Assembly: GCA_020184695.1 (NCBI GenBank) | Contig: JAANOX010000008.1 | Location: 222-64,221 of the forward strand | From: Histomonas meleagridis 2922-C6/04-290x | Lineage: Eukaryota > Protista > Parabasalia | Length of the DNA stretch: 64,000 nt | Direction of reading: 5' to 3' | Shown here: in pieces, positions 34,431-45,300 of the stretch | Position numbering within the stretch: position 1 is the first letter of the stretch | Layout: the number at the start of each line of letters is the position of its first letter | Notes under the pieces: model-generated | Seen by the model: the letters and a program-made list of their open reading frames with translations, nothing else | Database searches by the model: none | Told to the model about the DNA's origin: nothing | Program-made: the position numbers and the translations under genes

Positions 34431-35181
34431 ATTTGCCTTCCTTCGTTTGACGTTATTAAGTTGTATGTTGAAGAGATTTACAATTTTTGATAAACTATTC
34501 AATGTTGAACCACATCAAATTGGCTGGTTTACTGTTAGTTACAACAACATTTTAATGCAATACGAAATGATGCTGTGTTAGGCCACCAAATTAGAGACAG
34601 TTGCAATGAAGGGCGTACGATTGTATGGTTCCTAGTACAATAAAAAGGTTCGACACTGTTTCATTTTTCCGAGCGACTGTCTCTAACATTATTCAAAAAG
34701 ATGGCTCTGTGCTATTCTACTTTTTACAAGCTTTTGATATACAAAAAGTGGGAAGTCTCACAATTGCTCATGACTTTTTGTGTAATATCGAAAAAATTGA
34801 AAAGTAAGAATATCAGAGATAATGTATCCATTCATTTTGCATCTTAATGATCTTGTAGGTGTTTTGAGAGTAAGCATTTCTTCTCGAATATTATTTGCAA
34901 TTACAGGATGCGAATTCAAAAGTTCGATTGCAATTTCCATCTAAGAGTATTTATGCATATAAGCATAATGCAAAACTTTATTAGGATGCACTGTATTTGA
35001 TTGTTCGTAATGATCATATGCCCAATCTGCAAGCAGTCTTTCATTATTCTTCGCTGCACTTATATAAGGCGTGAATAAAGGAATCAAGTGATATCACTAG
35101 TTAATGGTTGTTCTGACGCAGTTTCATTGAAAATTTCTTGAACATACATCTCACTAATTTTAATGTTCATAATATTTCTCA

Positions 35182-35534
35182 CAGGGGTTCCGATTTTACG
35201 GTTCCGAACCGTTTAATTTTATTCAACAAAGACGAACCTGGCGGTTTGGTTGAACCATTCGATTTTGGAACCGGAACTTTTAAAAAAAAAAAATGGTGAC
35301 ACAATCACCCTTTTCACCCCACCATCCCCACCCCCCTTCCATAAAAATTGAATGCGGTTCGAACCTGCTGTTCAACTGCTTTCTATCGTTTTTTCCCCAG
35401 ATTCAACTTAAGACGAACCTTGGCGGTTTGTCACTTTTCTCGGTTCAACTAAAAATGACATGAACATGGTTCGAACCGCATGGAAATTTTGAACGTACGG
35501 TTCAACTAACGGTTCGGAACCTTCGGAGACTCTG
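35182..35534. mobile_element. hAT-like MITE (353 bp)
   Basis: Left end CAGGGGTTCCGA and right end reverse complement CAGAGTCTCCGA (9/12), both followed by GGTTCCGAACCG. Flanks ATTTCTCA / ATTTCTGG form a 6/8 TSD. About a dozen GGTTC/GAACC subterminal motifs. Confidence 0.7.
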
Positions 35535-36059
35535 ATTTCTGGAATATATTTGAATATATTTGAATTTATTTTAATAACATAATTAAACTCTTCATATGTT
35601 TTAATAAAAATCCTTTTTCGAATCATCAAACGTATATTTTTTGGAATGCAATTAATCACATTTTTGATATGTTATTTTTTGTAATTTAAAAAGTGATCAC
35701 ATGCCTAAAATTGAAAAACCCAATATTGACTTGGTTTGTTTTACGTGAAAAACAATTACTTAAAAACGAATTATAAAGGCGAATTCAATGAGTATGTGAG
35801 ATTAACCATTAATTTTCTTTTCTATACACAAAGGAATAAACTGAAAATCAAAACTCAGAAGCGAATTGAGTTTGAAACGATGGTTTTTGTGCTTTTTATG
35901 AATATCGTTTTTACCGTATTTAAAAAAAATTAAGCAGTCTATAAATATAATGAATAACTTCAGAATACACAAATAGTTAAATATTTTTTAATATAAAAGA
36001 GTTAGATAGAATGGGAATTCTAACTGTCTTTTCTTTATATGATCAAGTATTACGAATGA

Positions 36060-36737
36060 AACTTTATATCAAAAAATAATCAACTTTTAATACATTATAT
36101 GTTGGATAGTCCAAGATATGGAATCAATGATATAGTTAGAAATATCACAATGATGAAAATAGATACGGTGGATTATTTAAATGATTTATTTGACTCAATC
36201 AATGAAAATCCTATACGAATTCCAATGAAAATTTGTTTCCACTATACTTTATCAAATAGAAGAATAATTTATATGTACAAATTTCCATTTAAATTATGAT
36301 GAACAATTACTGCTCATAAAAGTCAGGGATAGACATTGTATCGGGTTGCCATAAATATTGGAGAAAAATCATTTGCACATGGTTCATTTTATGTTGCGCT
36401 TTCACAAGTTAAATCATTAAACAACATATTGCTTTTTGGCTTGAAAAATGGCCGGAAAATAGAAATTTGTTTCACATGAATCCACAAATTCAATTTGAAG
36501 AAGCACAAAATGGTGAAAATATCTTTGAATATGTAAAAAATGATAATTTCTTTTGGTATTTTGTTTAATTTTAATCAAAAGTTATTTTGTGATTCTTTAA
36601 ATTTTTTAATTATCAAATTTATACAATTTTAAGAATATTTATTTGTAAGTTATTAAATAGTATTTTTTTACTTTAACATTATTTTTATATAATTTGTGTT
36701 GTGCAAACCACGCGAAGCGAATATTGTTGATTTCCAG
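36060..36737 (+). mobile_element. Helitron-like remnant: PIF1 helicase C-terminus plus putative 3' end
   Basis: KFPFKL**TITAHKSQG*TLYRVAINIGEKSFAHGSFYVALSQVKSL matches the PIF1 C-terminal motifs with 3 stops. CGC-GAA-GCG mini-hairpin at 36711-36719 and CCAG|T 14 nt later (a CTRR-like end). Confidence 0.7.
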
Positions 36738-36834
36738 TTTAAAAAATCATTTTCCTTTTCACATATTAAAACATAATTATCAAAGCAAAACAAATAAAAT
36801 TATTGAATGATTTATTTTAAGAACCAAATCTAAC

Positions 36835-39800
36835 TCAAATCACAATTAAATCATCTTCAGAGTTGGTAATTTCTCTAGTTTGCACAGTATAAAAACTAAT
36901 TGGGGAACTTACAGCCTCCAAAATGTGGTTATAACATATATCAGCGCATTCTTCTTTACTTCCGACTCTAACTATTAACATCATAGTTGATAAATAGTCC
37001 TGAGTTTGTACGTAATTTACCAAACATTGGAATATTTTATCTTTATTTTTACCGAAATTACTTTCGCCAACGTATGGGTTTGCAATTTCAGTTGTTCTTG
37101 TTTCGATTAAATGTTTTAATAACTTATCTTCTTTTTCGAACTTCAGCTCGAAATAACCCGCTGGCGTTATCACCTTAGCGAAGTTATCTTTTTTCACGTT
37201 TTTCTCGGACCAATAAACGCAAGGATAAGGGAAACATAAATAATTATCTTTATCCGATGTTAATATTAGAAAGTCATTACAAAATATGATTTTAATTATT
37301 TGGTTCTTACTAAAAGATATTAAACGTGGCATATTAAACATATTACCATAAAATTTACGAAAGATTGTGTTAAATTGTGATTGAAATATATGACGAATTT
37401 GTGATCGAATATTAATAATCTTCGCAGATGTGAAATATAAAATTCCATTGTTACCTTGCGCAGATATTTGTGGTATTAAAGGGATATCAAACATTTGAAT
37501 TATATTTCGTGTCGCAATATATTGTAATGATTTAAATGCATCTTCTGCTTTATTCTCTTGTTCATTAAATTTCGATATAAATGAATTAATGATTGATACA
37601 TCATCAATTTCATCAATTATATGTCGACAAATCTCTTTAAGTAAATATGAGACATTTAATACCCAATGAATTGGATAAAATATCATTAATAAATTCATTG
37701 CTAACGCTATGTTTTTATTATTAGTATTTGTAGGCTTAATATAAGGTTGACAATCTTTACCAATCGTATGATCGATAATTCCAGTTAAATCATTTGTAAT
37801 TTTATTAATATAATTCGTTATATCAATTATACCAAACAATTGTAAGAAATGATGTAATGAAATCGAGAAATCAAATGTTTCATCTTGGAAACGATTAAAC
37901 AAACTTTCATGAACAAATAATATTCGATTTGTTATATCTAATACTTCATTCCATGAATAATTACTTTTGTTTTGTGATTGACAAAATCCTTGAAGTAATA
38001 ATAATGATTCATTACGAATTTTCGCTAAGTTATATATCTTTTCTAATATTAATTGTCTTTTCCATGAATGGAACAAAAATGATTTACATTTTGGATCAGT
38101 ACATAATAAATACGGCTGATCACGTCCATTAATTCTCATTAATCGATAATTCTTATTTAATAATATTTTTATTATTTCATAATTATTAGCTATAGCTGCA
38201 TAATGTAATGGATGCATTCCTTGTGCATTTTGTGCATTAACATTTCCATTTTTACTAATCAAATATTGAATGACATTAACATTACCTGAAATGACAGCAA
38301 AATGTAATGGAGTCATTCCATTTTTATCACATGAATTAATAGGATAACCTGCTTCGATTAATTTTTGGATATTTTGTAAATCGCCTTGTTTAACAAAACC
38401 ATTTAATTTGTTTTCGACATCATTCGAATGTAATAATGCTATACATTCTTGATGTTGATTTTCAAATGCATAATCTAATGGAGTTTTATCATATTTATCA
38501 TGTGAATTTAATGATCGTTTTATTTCTGGCGTAATATTCGATAATAAATCTTTTAATATTTGATATATACCTTTCATACAAAATAAATGAAATATGTTTT
38601 GATCATATTTATTAACTTCTAATAATGACAAAGTAGTAATTTTTGATATCTTTTTAACAATTGATAAAAATGAATCATCATTAATGACATGGAATAATGT
38701 ATTACCTTTATTATCTCTTTGCTCAAAAGTTTTCATTTCTTTGATTAAAACTTTCGATGCTTTAATGTTCTTAGATATAAATGCATAAAATAATGGAATT
38801 CGACCTTTAGAATCCTTTTCATCTAATAATTCCCTTTTTAATGATATTATATTTAATAAATTTGATGGATTACCTAATGATGTCAAATGTAAAATTGATA
38901 CATTTGTAACTTTTTTATCAGAAAATGATTTAAATGCTTTTAGATGTTTCTCAAGTTTAGGATTTATTAATTTTAAGACTGGACAAGAAACTTTATTATT
39001 TGGTAAATTAATATTCTTTTCTAAAAGTGAGAAATTAGAAATAAATGTTTGGATTTCCTTAAAATTAATTTTATATTTTTTCTTAATGTTTTCAGATGTT
39101 AATTGAAATTGATTTGTTACACCAAATGCAACATCAATACAAAATGGTGTTAATCCACATTTACATTCAGCATCAATTTTAGTGTTACTTAATTCATCAA
39201 CTGATTCTTTGTTACCTGAAAGTACTGCATACATTAATGGAGTCATTCCAAATTTATCTTTTTCATTAAGTTTTAATTTCGATGATTTATATAAACTGAT
39301 GATTTTCTTAAGTAAATTAATATTTGAACATGCAGCTGCATAATGAAGTATTGTGGCACCACGCGCATCTTTATGATTAATGTCACATTGCTTATTTTCT
39401 ATTAATGTAAGTGCTGCATCAAGTAAATTTCTTTTAATTAATCGAATTAAAAATGAATCACCATCCTCATCTACAATTGACGGTGATATATTTGTCTGAA
39501 TTAATTCCATTACAATTTGACTATTGGCTAAATCTGCTGCTAAAAATGCTGCTTTAGTAATTTGGGATTCAGAGGAAAATAATCGTATAACCGAAATCGT
39601 TTTAACAGATTTTGATGTGACTGCTATTTCTAATGGTGATAACCCATTAGCATCAACAACATTGGTGGACGCACCTGCTTTAATTAAGTAATGTGCAATG
39701 GAGTAATATCCAAGTGAGGCTGCTACATGTAATGCTGTATATTCTTGTTTACCTGCAGCTAAATCTAACTTGTCAGAAACTGTAGAAAATGGTGACTCAA

Positions 39801-40455
39801 CAAGATATGTTACCGCTAAAAGTTTTTGTGATGAAACTGCTGAATGTAATGAAGGTAAACCATTATAACTTTTAATAAGTTCAGCTATTTCTGTTTGCTC
39901 AATAATTAACGCTAAATCATATGGTGACATGAATTTTAGGCGGCGATGACCTAAATATGATGATGAAGATTCTGCACCAATAATTAAGGAATCAACTGGA
40001 TTAATATTCTTTTCAAGTAAAAAACGAACTGCTTCAATTTGCCCATAAAATATTGCAAAATGTATTGGAAGCCATCCCATTGTTGATTTATCATATAATA
40101 ATGTAGAAGATCGTTGAAAGATATTGAGGAGTTCAACATTACCTTTAATCGCAGCAATATGACCTGGGGTAATACTTTTATTATTATAAAAATGATTTTT
40201 TGGAAAATGTTTAACAATATAATTACTAACCTTTAAAGAGCCATTGTTTGCTGCATAATGAAGAATAGTATTGCCAGTATAATCATCAAGTGTTAAGCAT
40301 TCGTTTTCAGTATCTTTTAAAACTTCTTTAATTGCTTCTTTATTATCTGTTGAAGCCCAACTATGAAGTACAAGAGCACCCGTTTCAGGAATGGTAATTG
40401 CGTTCAAAATATTATAATTACGTGGTGATTTTTTTTCTTGATTCGGTTTACTCAT
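36835..40455 (-). CDS. Ankyrin-repeat protein with degenerate DH (RhoGEF)-PH module
   Basis: Many G-x-T-P-L-H-x-A repeats, then DH-like ILFVHESLF..IFYPIHWVLNVSYLLKEI and PH-like IIFCNDFLILT. First ATG is at 40455 with TCATT 15 nt upstream. Confidence 0.8.
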   Translation of the reverse strand: MSKPNQEKKSPRNYNILNAITIPETGALVLHSWASTDNKEAIKEVLKDTENECLTLDDYTGNTILHYAANNGSLKVSNYIVKHFPKNHFYNNKSITPGHIAAIKGNVELLNIFQRSSTLLYDKSTMGWLPIHFAIFYGQIEAVRFLLEKNINPVDSLIIGAESSSSYLGHRRLKFMSPYDLALIIEQTEIAELIKSYNGLPSLHSAVSSQKLLAVTYLVESPFSTVSDKLDLAAGKQEYTALHVAASLGYYSIAHYLIKAGASTNVVDANGLSPLEIAVTSKSVKTISVIRLFSSESQITKAAFLAADLANSQIVMELIQTNISPSIVDEDGDSFLIRLIKRNLLDAALTLIENKQCDINHKDARGATILHYAAACSNINLLKKIISLYKSSKLKLNEKDKFGMTPLMYAVLSGNKESVDELSNTKIDAECKCGLTPFCIDVAFGVTNQFQLTSENIKKKYKINFKEIQTFISNFSLLEKNINLPNNKVSCPVLKLINPKLEKHLKAFKSFSDKKVTNVSILHLTSLGNPSNLLNIISLKRELLDEKDSKGRIPLFYAFISKNIKASKVLIKEMKTFEQRDNKGNTLFHVINDDSFLSIVKKISKITTLSLLEVNKYDQNIFHLFCMKGIYQILKDLLSNITPEIKRSLNSHDKYDKTPLDYAFENQHQECIALLHSNDVENKLNGFVKQGDLQNIQKLIEAGYPINSCDKNGMTPLHFAVISGNVNVIQYLISKNGNVNAQNAQGMHPLHYAAIANNYEIIKILLNKNYRLMRINGRDQPYLLCTDPKCKSFLFHSWKRQLILEKIYNLAKIRNESLLLLQGFCQSQNKSNYSWNEVLDITNRILFVHESLFNRFQDETFDFSISLHHFLQLFGIIDITNYINKITNDLTGIIDHTIGKDCQPYIKPTNTNNKNIALAMNLLMIFYPIHWVLNVSYLLKEICRHIIDEIDDVSIINSFISKFNEQENKAEDAFKSLQYIATRNIIQMFDIPLIPQISAQGNNGILYFTSAKIINIRSQIRHIFQSQFNTIFRKFYGNMFNMPRLISFSKNQIIKIIFCNDFLILTSDKDNYLCFPYPCVYWSEKNVKKDNFAKVITPAGYFELKFEKEDKLLKHLIETRTTEIANPYVGESNFGKNKDKIFQCLVNYVQTQDYLSTMMLIVRVGSKEECADICYNHILEAVSSPISFYTVQTREITNSEDDLIVI

Positions 40456-40506
40456 TTGTAATTTTAATGAAGTATATTTTTTGGTATTGAATTGAAAATG
40501 ATCGTA

Positions 40507-40518
40507 TTTTGGGACACC
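40507..40518 (-). promoter_or_regulatory. Candidate promoter motif GGYGYCCCAAAA (ankyrin-DH-PH copy)
   Basis: GGTGTCCCAAAA on the minus strand ~50 nt upstream of ATG 40455. Confidence 0.35.
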
Positions 40519-40839
40519 CTCACTTTTGCTGTTGCACAAAGAGATATTTCAAAATAATTATTGGTTAGGATGCAAAACGCCCTCCATTTTGCGGTTTTCG
40601 AACGATAGGAAATTTGAAAGGAAAAAAAATGGCAATAAAAATATTCGACTTTTGATAAGGAGATCAAAGTCATATCAAAAAGTGAATAATGGCAAAATAT
40701 CTTATTGGGGGGTCTGATACACTTCGAAATCATTTTTTTAATAAAAATATTTCAAATTATGATTAGTTTTATAAGAAATATCACCAATTATTGCTTTCCA
40801 GCATTTTTCAAATGTATTTCCTATATTTCTTCGAAAGCA

Positions 40840-41664
40840 TCATTTATGGATATATGATTCGAGATAATTTCTATCTCTAAATCCATTTTTTATGAGGTAT
40901 CCTTTTATTAGATTCCATGTACCTTCTATTTTTAGAGTATTTGCCTCAGTAATTAAATCTACAAAATTTTCTGAGTGATTTACTGTTTTGTGTACATAAC
41001 CTAAATCACTAAGAGTATTATATGGCTTCCATTCATCAGACCAAATTTCTGAATTAGGTCTAATCGTTGAACAAATAATTGGAATGAGAACTTCTTTCGA
41101 TCTATTTTCGCAAATCTCAGCAACAACTCTCATTGTTTTACTGTCTATTTCGCCAAAAACCCAAATTTCTTCTTTTTCCAATGCACTTCCTTTGTTGTAT
41201 TTAGCACCGAAAAAATGACTTTCATCAATTTCGACTATTCCATCACCAAGTAAATTCTGAGCTATATCTTTTCGATATTCTTTTTCTGCAATAGATCGAA
41301 AAGTTTGAAACCATGTTATTACTGATCGTTCACATACACCTGTAATTTTAGATGTAGTTCTTATATCAAAACCTTCTACCCAACATGCTAAAATGTGAAC
41401 AAATCCCCTTAATGAAAATTTTGATTGTGATACCCATGAATCTAATCTGATTGATTTTGAATTTCTGCATTTACCTGAGCAGCATCTATATACAGCACCA
41501 TCAGGGTAACTTGGTGAGAAATAAACTTTCATTAACGATTGACATTTCGGACATATTTGAATTTGGTGGATATCAGGAATGATTCCCTGCTCAGAGGCCC
41601 ATTTGATAAAGCTTTTGTCATTTAATTTTAACACTTTCTTAATGGTTTCGAATTGCAATTGCAT
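40840..41664 (-). CDS. Merlin/ISXO2-like DDE transposase, probably truncated by a premature TGA
   Basis: Zn ribbon CPKC..YRC..C, VEIDESHF, WVFG, IWSDEWKPY, HKTVNHSENFVD, IEGTW. The frame continues past the TGA as CFRRNIGNTF. Confidence 0.9.
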   Translation of the reverse strand: MQLQFETIKKVLKLNDKSFIKWASEQGIIPDIHQIQICPKCQSLMKVYFSPSYPDGAVYRCCSGKCRNSKSIRLDSWVSQSKFSLRGFVHILACWVEGFDIRTTSKITGVCERSVITWFQTFRSIAEKEYRKDIAQNLLGDGIVEIDESHFFGAKYNKGSALEKEEIWVFGEIDSKTMRVVAEICENRSKEVLIPIICSTIRPNSEIWSDEWKPYNTLSDLGYVHKTVNHSENFVDLITEANTLKIEGTWNLIKGYLIKNGFRDRNYLESYIHK

Positions 41665-41835
41665 CAATATAAAATGATCGACTTTTTGACTACTTTACAA
41701 ACAATAAATATGAATAAATTTTTATCGATAACCGTTATTCTAAATCTTATATATTTTATTTAATAACTTAAATATTATCGTTATGTCAAATATTTTGTCT
41801 GTCAAAATATATGTATTAATATGTATCAAATGCGA

Positions 41836-41910
41836 GCACCGAAGGTGCGAGCGGTTTCGATCGTTATCCATTGAAATACGAAGTTTTTCAATGGATAACG
41901 ATCGAAACCG
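41836..41910. other. Tandem hairpins: GCACC-GAA-GGTGC and a perfect 25-bp inverted repeat with a 9-nt loop
   Basis: Arm 41852-41876 (CGGTTTCGATCGTTATCCATTGAAA) is the exact reverse complement of 41886-41910. Confidence 0.9.
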
Positions 41911-42353
41911 GCCGTCAGGATGATGGATGGGGTGCCCTGATGTGGCATTTCTATTTTTCCTCAAATTTCCTATCGTTCAAAAACCGCAAAATGACGGGCC
42001 TTTTGCATCAGAGCCTAATTATTTAACAATTATTTTATATATTTAAAACAATACTCATATTATTATTTACAAAGGATAAAACAGAATTAGCAAAATTAAT
42101 TTGATCAATTTATATTGGATTCTACAAATAATAATAAATATTTTTGATATTACAAAAATTGATATAAATACATTGGATGATAAAATCGATATTAAATTAT
42201 ATATGTTACATGTTTTGACTTTCCTTTAAACGTTCATCAGCCAAAATATTCTGAGCTTATTTGGCTGCGGTAAATTTTATTTCTGAGGGTAACGGATTAT
42301 CTATAATTCAATATAATCTACAGTTTTCGTCTTGGGATTGAAATTAAGAAAGA

Positions 42354-45300
42354 ATGTTCTCACATGCCTCAGACTTTGAAGAATTAATCAAGAATAATAC
42401 GGCACCATGTATGGTTGTAGTTATTGATCCAAATCTCAAAAAATCGATTGTTTCCACAGGAAAATCTTTTTTTCAAATGATTCTTGATTATAGAAACAAT
42501 GATACCAATCCATATCTCATTGACGGAAAAAAATTTTACTACAGAGCATATCTTTCGGAAGAATTTTTACAAAAAAAAGATCCTGTTGGAACACATGATA
42601 AAATTATTCAAGCATTTACAGATTTTGGTTCTTTATTTTGCAATCAAGATTTTTACAAAAACTTTTCTATAACTATTCCAGAAGGTTTTAATGAAAAATA
42701 TCCTGATTTCCATCTTAATAGTACATTTCCTCTTTCTTCATACATGACACATACTCCATGGTTTCTCTGGCTCCGACAATATGTTTTCAATGAGCTTAGG
42801 TTTTCTAGAGGCGAATATCAAGATACACCGTTTATGTTTTTATTTATATGTGATTCTTCAAATGTCTCCAAAGTTAATCAAATTAAGCAAGAGTTTTTCG
42901 GCCAAGATCTTCCTGACATTCGAAACTATCAAGATCCTGCAGAAAATCGAAGATTTTATTCCAACATAAAATCATCATTAATTCTTTATTATGAGAAAGA
43001 TCCACCTCATATCACTCAAAAGATCAAAGATTCTTTCCAAGTTATTAGTTTATTTGGTCCAAATGATAATGAAGAAAAACTAATTGAAATAATTCAAAAA
43101 CTTATTGAATCTCATTTTGTTGCAAATTACCGCACATTATCATATAAATTCAATAAATATTCTCAAAAGAAGGGTCTATTTCGTGATCGTTTTACATTTA
43201 ATGATTTATTAACATATTTGACATTGGAATATTCACTTGGAAACTATGAAAAAGCAAGTGAAGCAGTTGAATTCTTAACCCAAAAGAGTTCAGCTAAAGA
43301 AGTAATTGAGTACACATCGTTCATCCAAGGAATTTGTTTTATGATGCTTCATAAAGATGATGCAACATTAAAAGAATTCAAAGCCAATTTAGCAAAACTT
43401 GTAACAAAACAATTCATCAGGAAGGTATCTATTGTGAAAAGAGTTTCAAGAATTCTTACATTTTTTAGCGCACTTGAATTATATACATTTAATCCAAATT
43501 CACTTTCGAAACTTTTCTATCAAATTGACAAGTGCTCAAAACTAACAAAGTTTTGGCAATTTTCTTTATTACTTAAAGGTTTATGGTATGAAGAAATGGC
43601 TTTAACTTGTATAAAATTCGGTTGTAGAAGAAAAGTGGCATTACACTTCTTAACGGCCGCTATTTCATATCACAAGTCTGGAATTAAGGGTCATGATATA
43701 AGATGTTTTGCAAATACTCAATCTTTAATTTTAAACAATAACAAACAAGGTCCTGAACCTTGCTACATATGTGGGAAAATTGATGATTCAAAATTTGTTC
43801 CTACATCTCCATATTGGCAAAATTTATCAAATTTTGCACTTTGGAAATTAGCACAATCATCAATTAAAATTAAAGGATTTAAGACTTGGTTGGATATTAT
43901 TTTAGTTTTAATGGCTTCTCCATCAAATAATCTTGTCCCAGATGAAAAAATATTTTCACTTTTTCATGCATATTTTCATAAATGTGGTATTGGAGAGACT
44001 TTAACTGTTACTGATATCCCGTTTATTACCATTGATCATGAAAATATTAAACATTCATCATATGGTGATTTTGCATCAAAAGATTATAATGAAAAAGACT
44101 TTCAAGAACTCATTCAACATCATAACTTACAGTATCGAAATGTTTCCAATAATTTTTCTTTATGGAATACTCCCAAATCTAAAGATCACAAACGAATTTC
44201 AATCGTTTGTGGCGAAGAATCTTCACTATTAATACCATTTATTAATTTCCGTAAAAGGGCGTCCATTAATCTTGATCAAATACGACTCCAATCACCTGAG
44301 AACAATATAATTTCACATTTCAGCGAAGAATCGGTTTCATTGCGACCAAACACCCGTCAAATTTTAAAAGTGAAGTTCACTGCCTCCACGCCGACTGAGT
44401 TTGTCATTAATCGAATTAATTTTATGTATTGGTATATCGTAAAAGATAGTTTACCATTACGAAACTTTTCATTTATAGCCTTAAATAATCGGCCATCATT
44501 ACGTATTAATTTAATTAATTTTCCAAAACATTTAATGGAGTCACAATATTCACCATTTACATTACAAATCGAAAACTTTGGTACATCAGATTTAACCAAT
44601 TTAATATTAATTCATAACATTCCATATTGGATTTCTATTAAAGATTCATATAATATCATTGAAAGGAATAATATAATGTCATGTTCCCTACTTAAAGAAC
44701 CATTAAAACCTAATGAAACAATAAATTTAGAATGTAAAATCCGTGGAACTAAAATCGGGTACAAAACAATTCGAATGTTATTTTCATTCTCTGATGAGAA
44801 ACCATTTAATTGGCGACATTTCCCAGAAGAAAGAATTATATACATCGAGAAGAAAGAATCGATTTCACATAAATTCATTCAACATCCGATTAACTATAAT
44901 CAATCGATATTATATTGTGACGTAATAACACAAAACAATTCATTAAATATTAACGAAGTAAATGTTAAAGGTTATAAAGTTACGAACAATGATAAAATAG
45001 AAATCCAACCGAATACTTCATTTACATTTATGAAAGAAATGAATGAAAATGATACAAATGAATTTAGTGAAGAAATGATTAATAAGAATTATGAAAAAGG
45101 TTACATATTAGCAAACAATAAAAATGGTTTATACCAGTTTAACATCGAAGGCAAAATTCATAACAATTATTCATTGGTCTTCACAATCGATGCGCCTTCG
45201 ATCGTGAAGTTGAACAATAAGGAAAAAGTAATCGACGTATATATAATAGTGCATAACATTGGAATAGAAGAGTCGCCGCAAGTCAAAGTAGCAGTGATGC

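Larger units (their letters stand above)
40563..42015 (-). mobile_element. Full-length Merlin (IS1595/ISXO2-like) DNA transposon, 1453 bp
   Basis: 55-bp TIRs starting GG (40563-40617 and 41961-42015; 48/55 identical), a perfect 8-bp TSD TAATTATT (40555-40562 and 42016-42023), and an internal transposase. Confidence 0.93.

Noticed and set aside
35350-35370. GGTTCGAACC resembling a tRNA T-loop
   Set aside because: No cloverleaf forms; it is one of many subterminal repeats of the MITE.
35182-35534. Possible CRISPR-like repeat cluster
   Set aside because: Spacing is irregular, orientations are mixed, the host is eukaryotic and there are no cas genes.
36295-36335. TGA/TAG inside conserved motifs as a sign of an alternative genetic code
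   Set aside because: All intact host genes read in the standard code and three of them end in TGA; these stops occur only in decayed elements.
40707-40722. Internal GGGGGGTCTGATAC resembling a second Merlin end
   Set aside because: The similarity covers only ~10 nt, with no partner or TSD.
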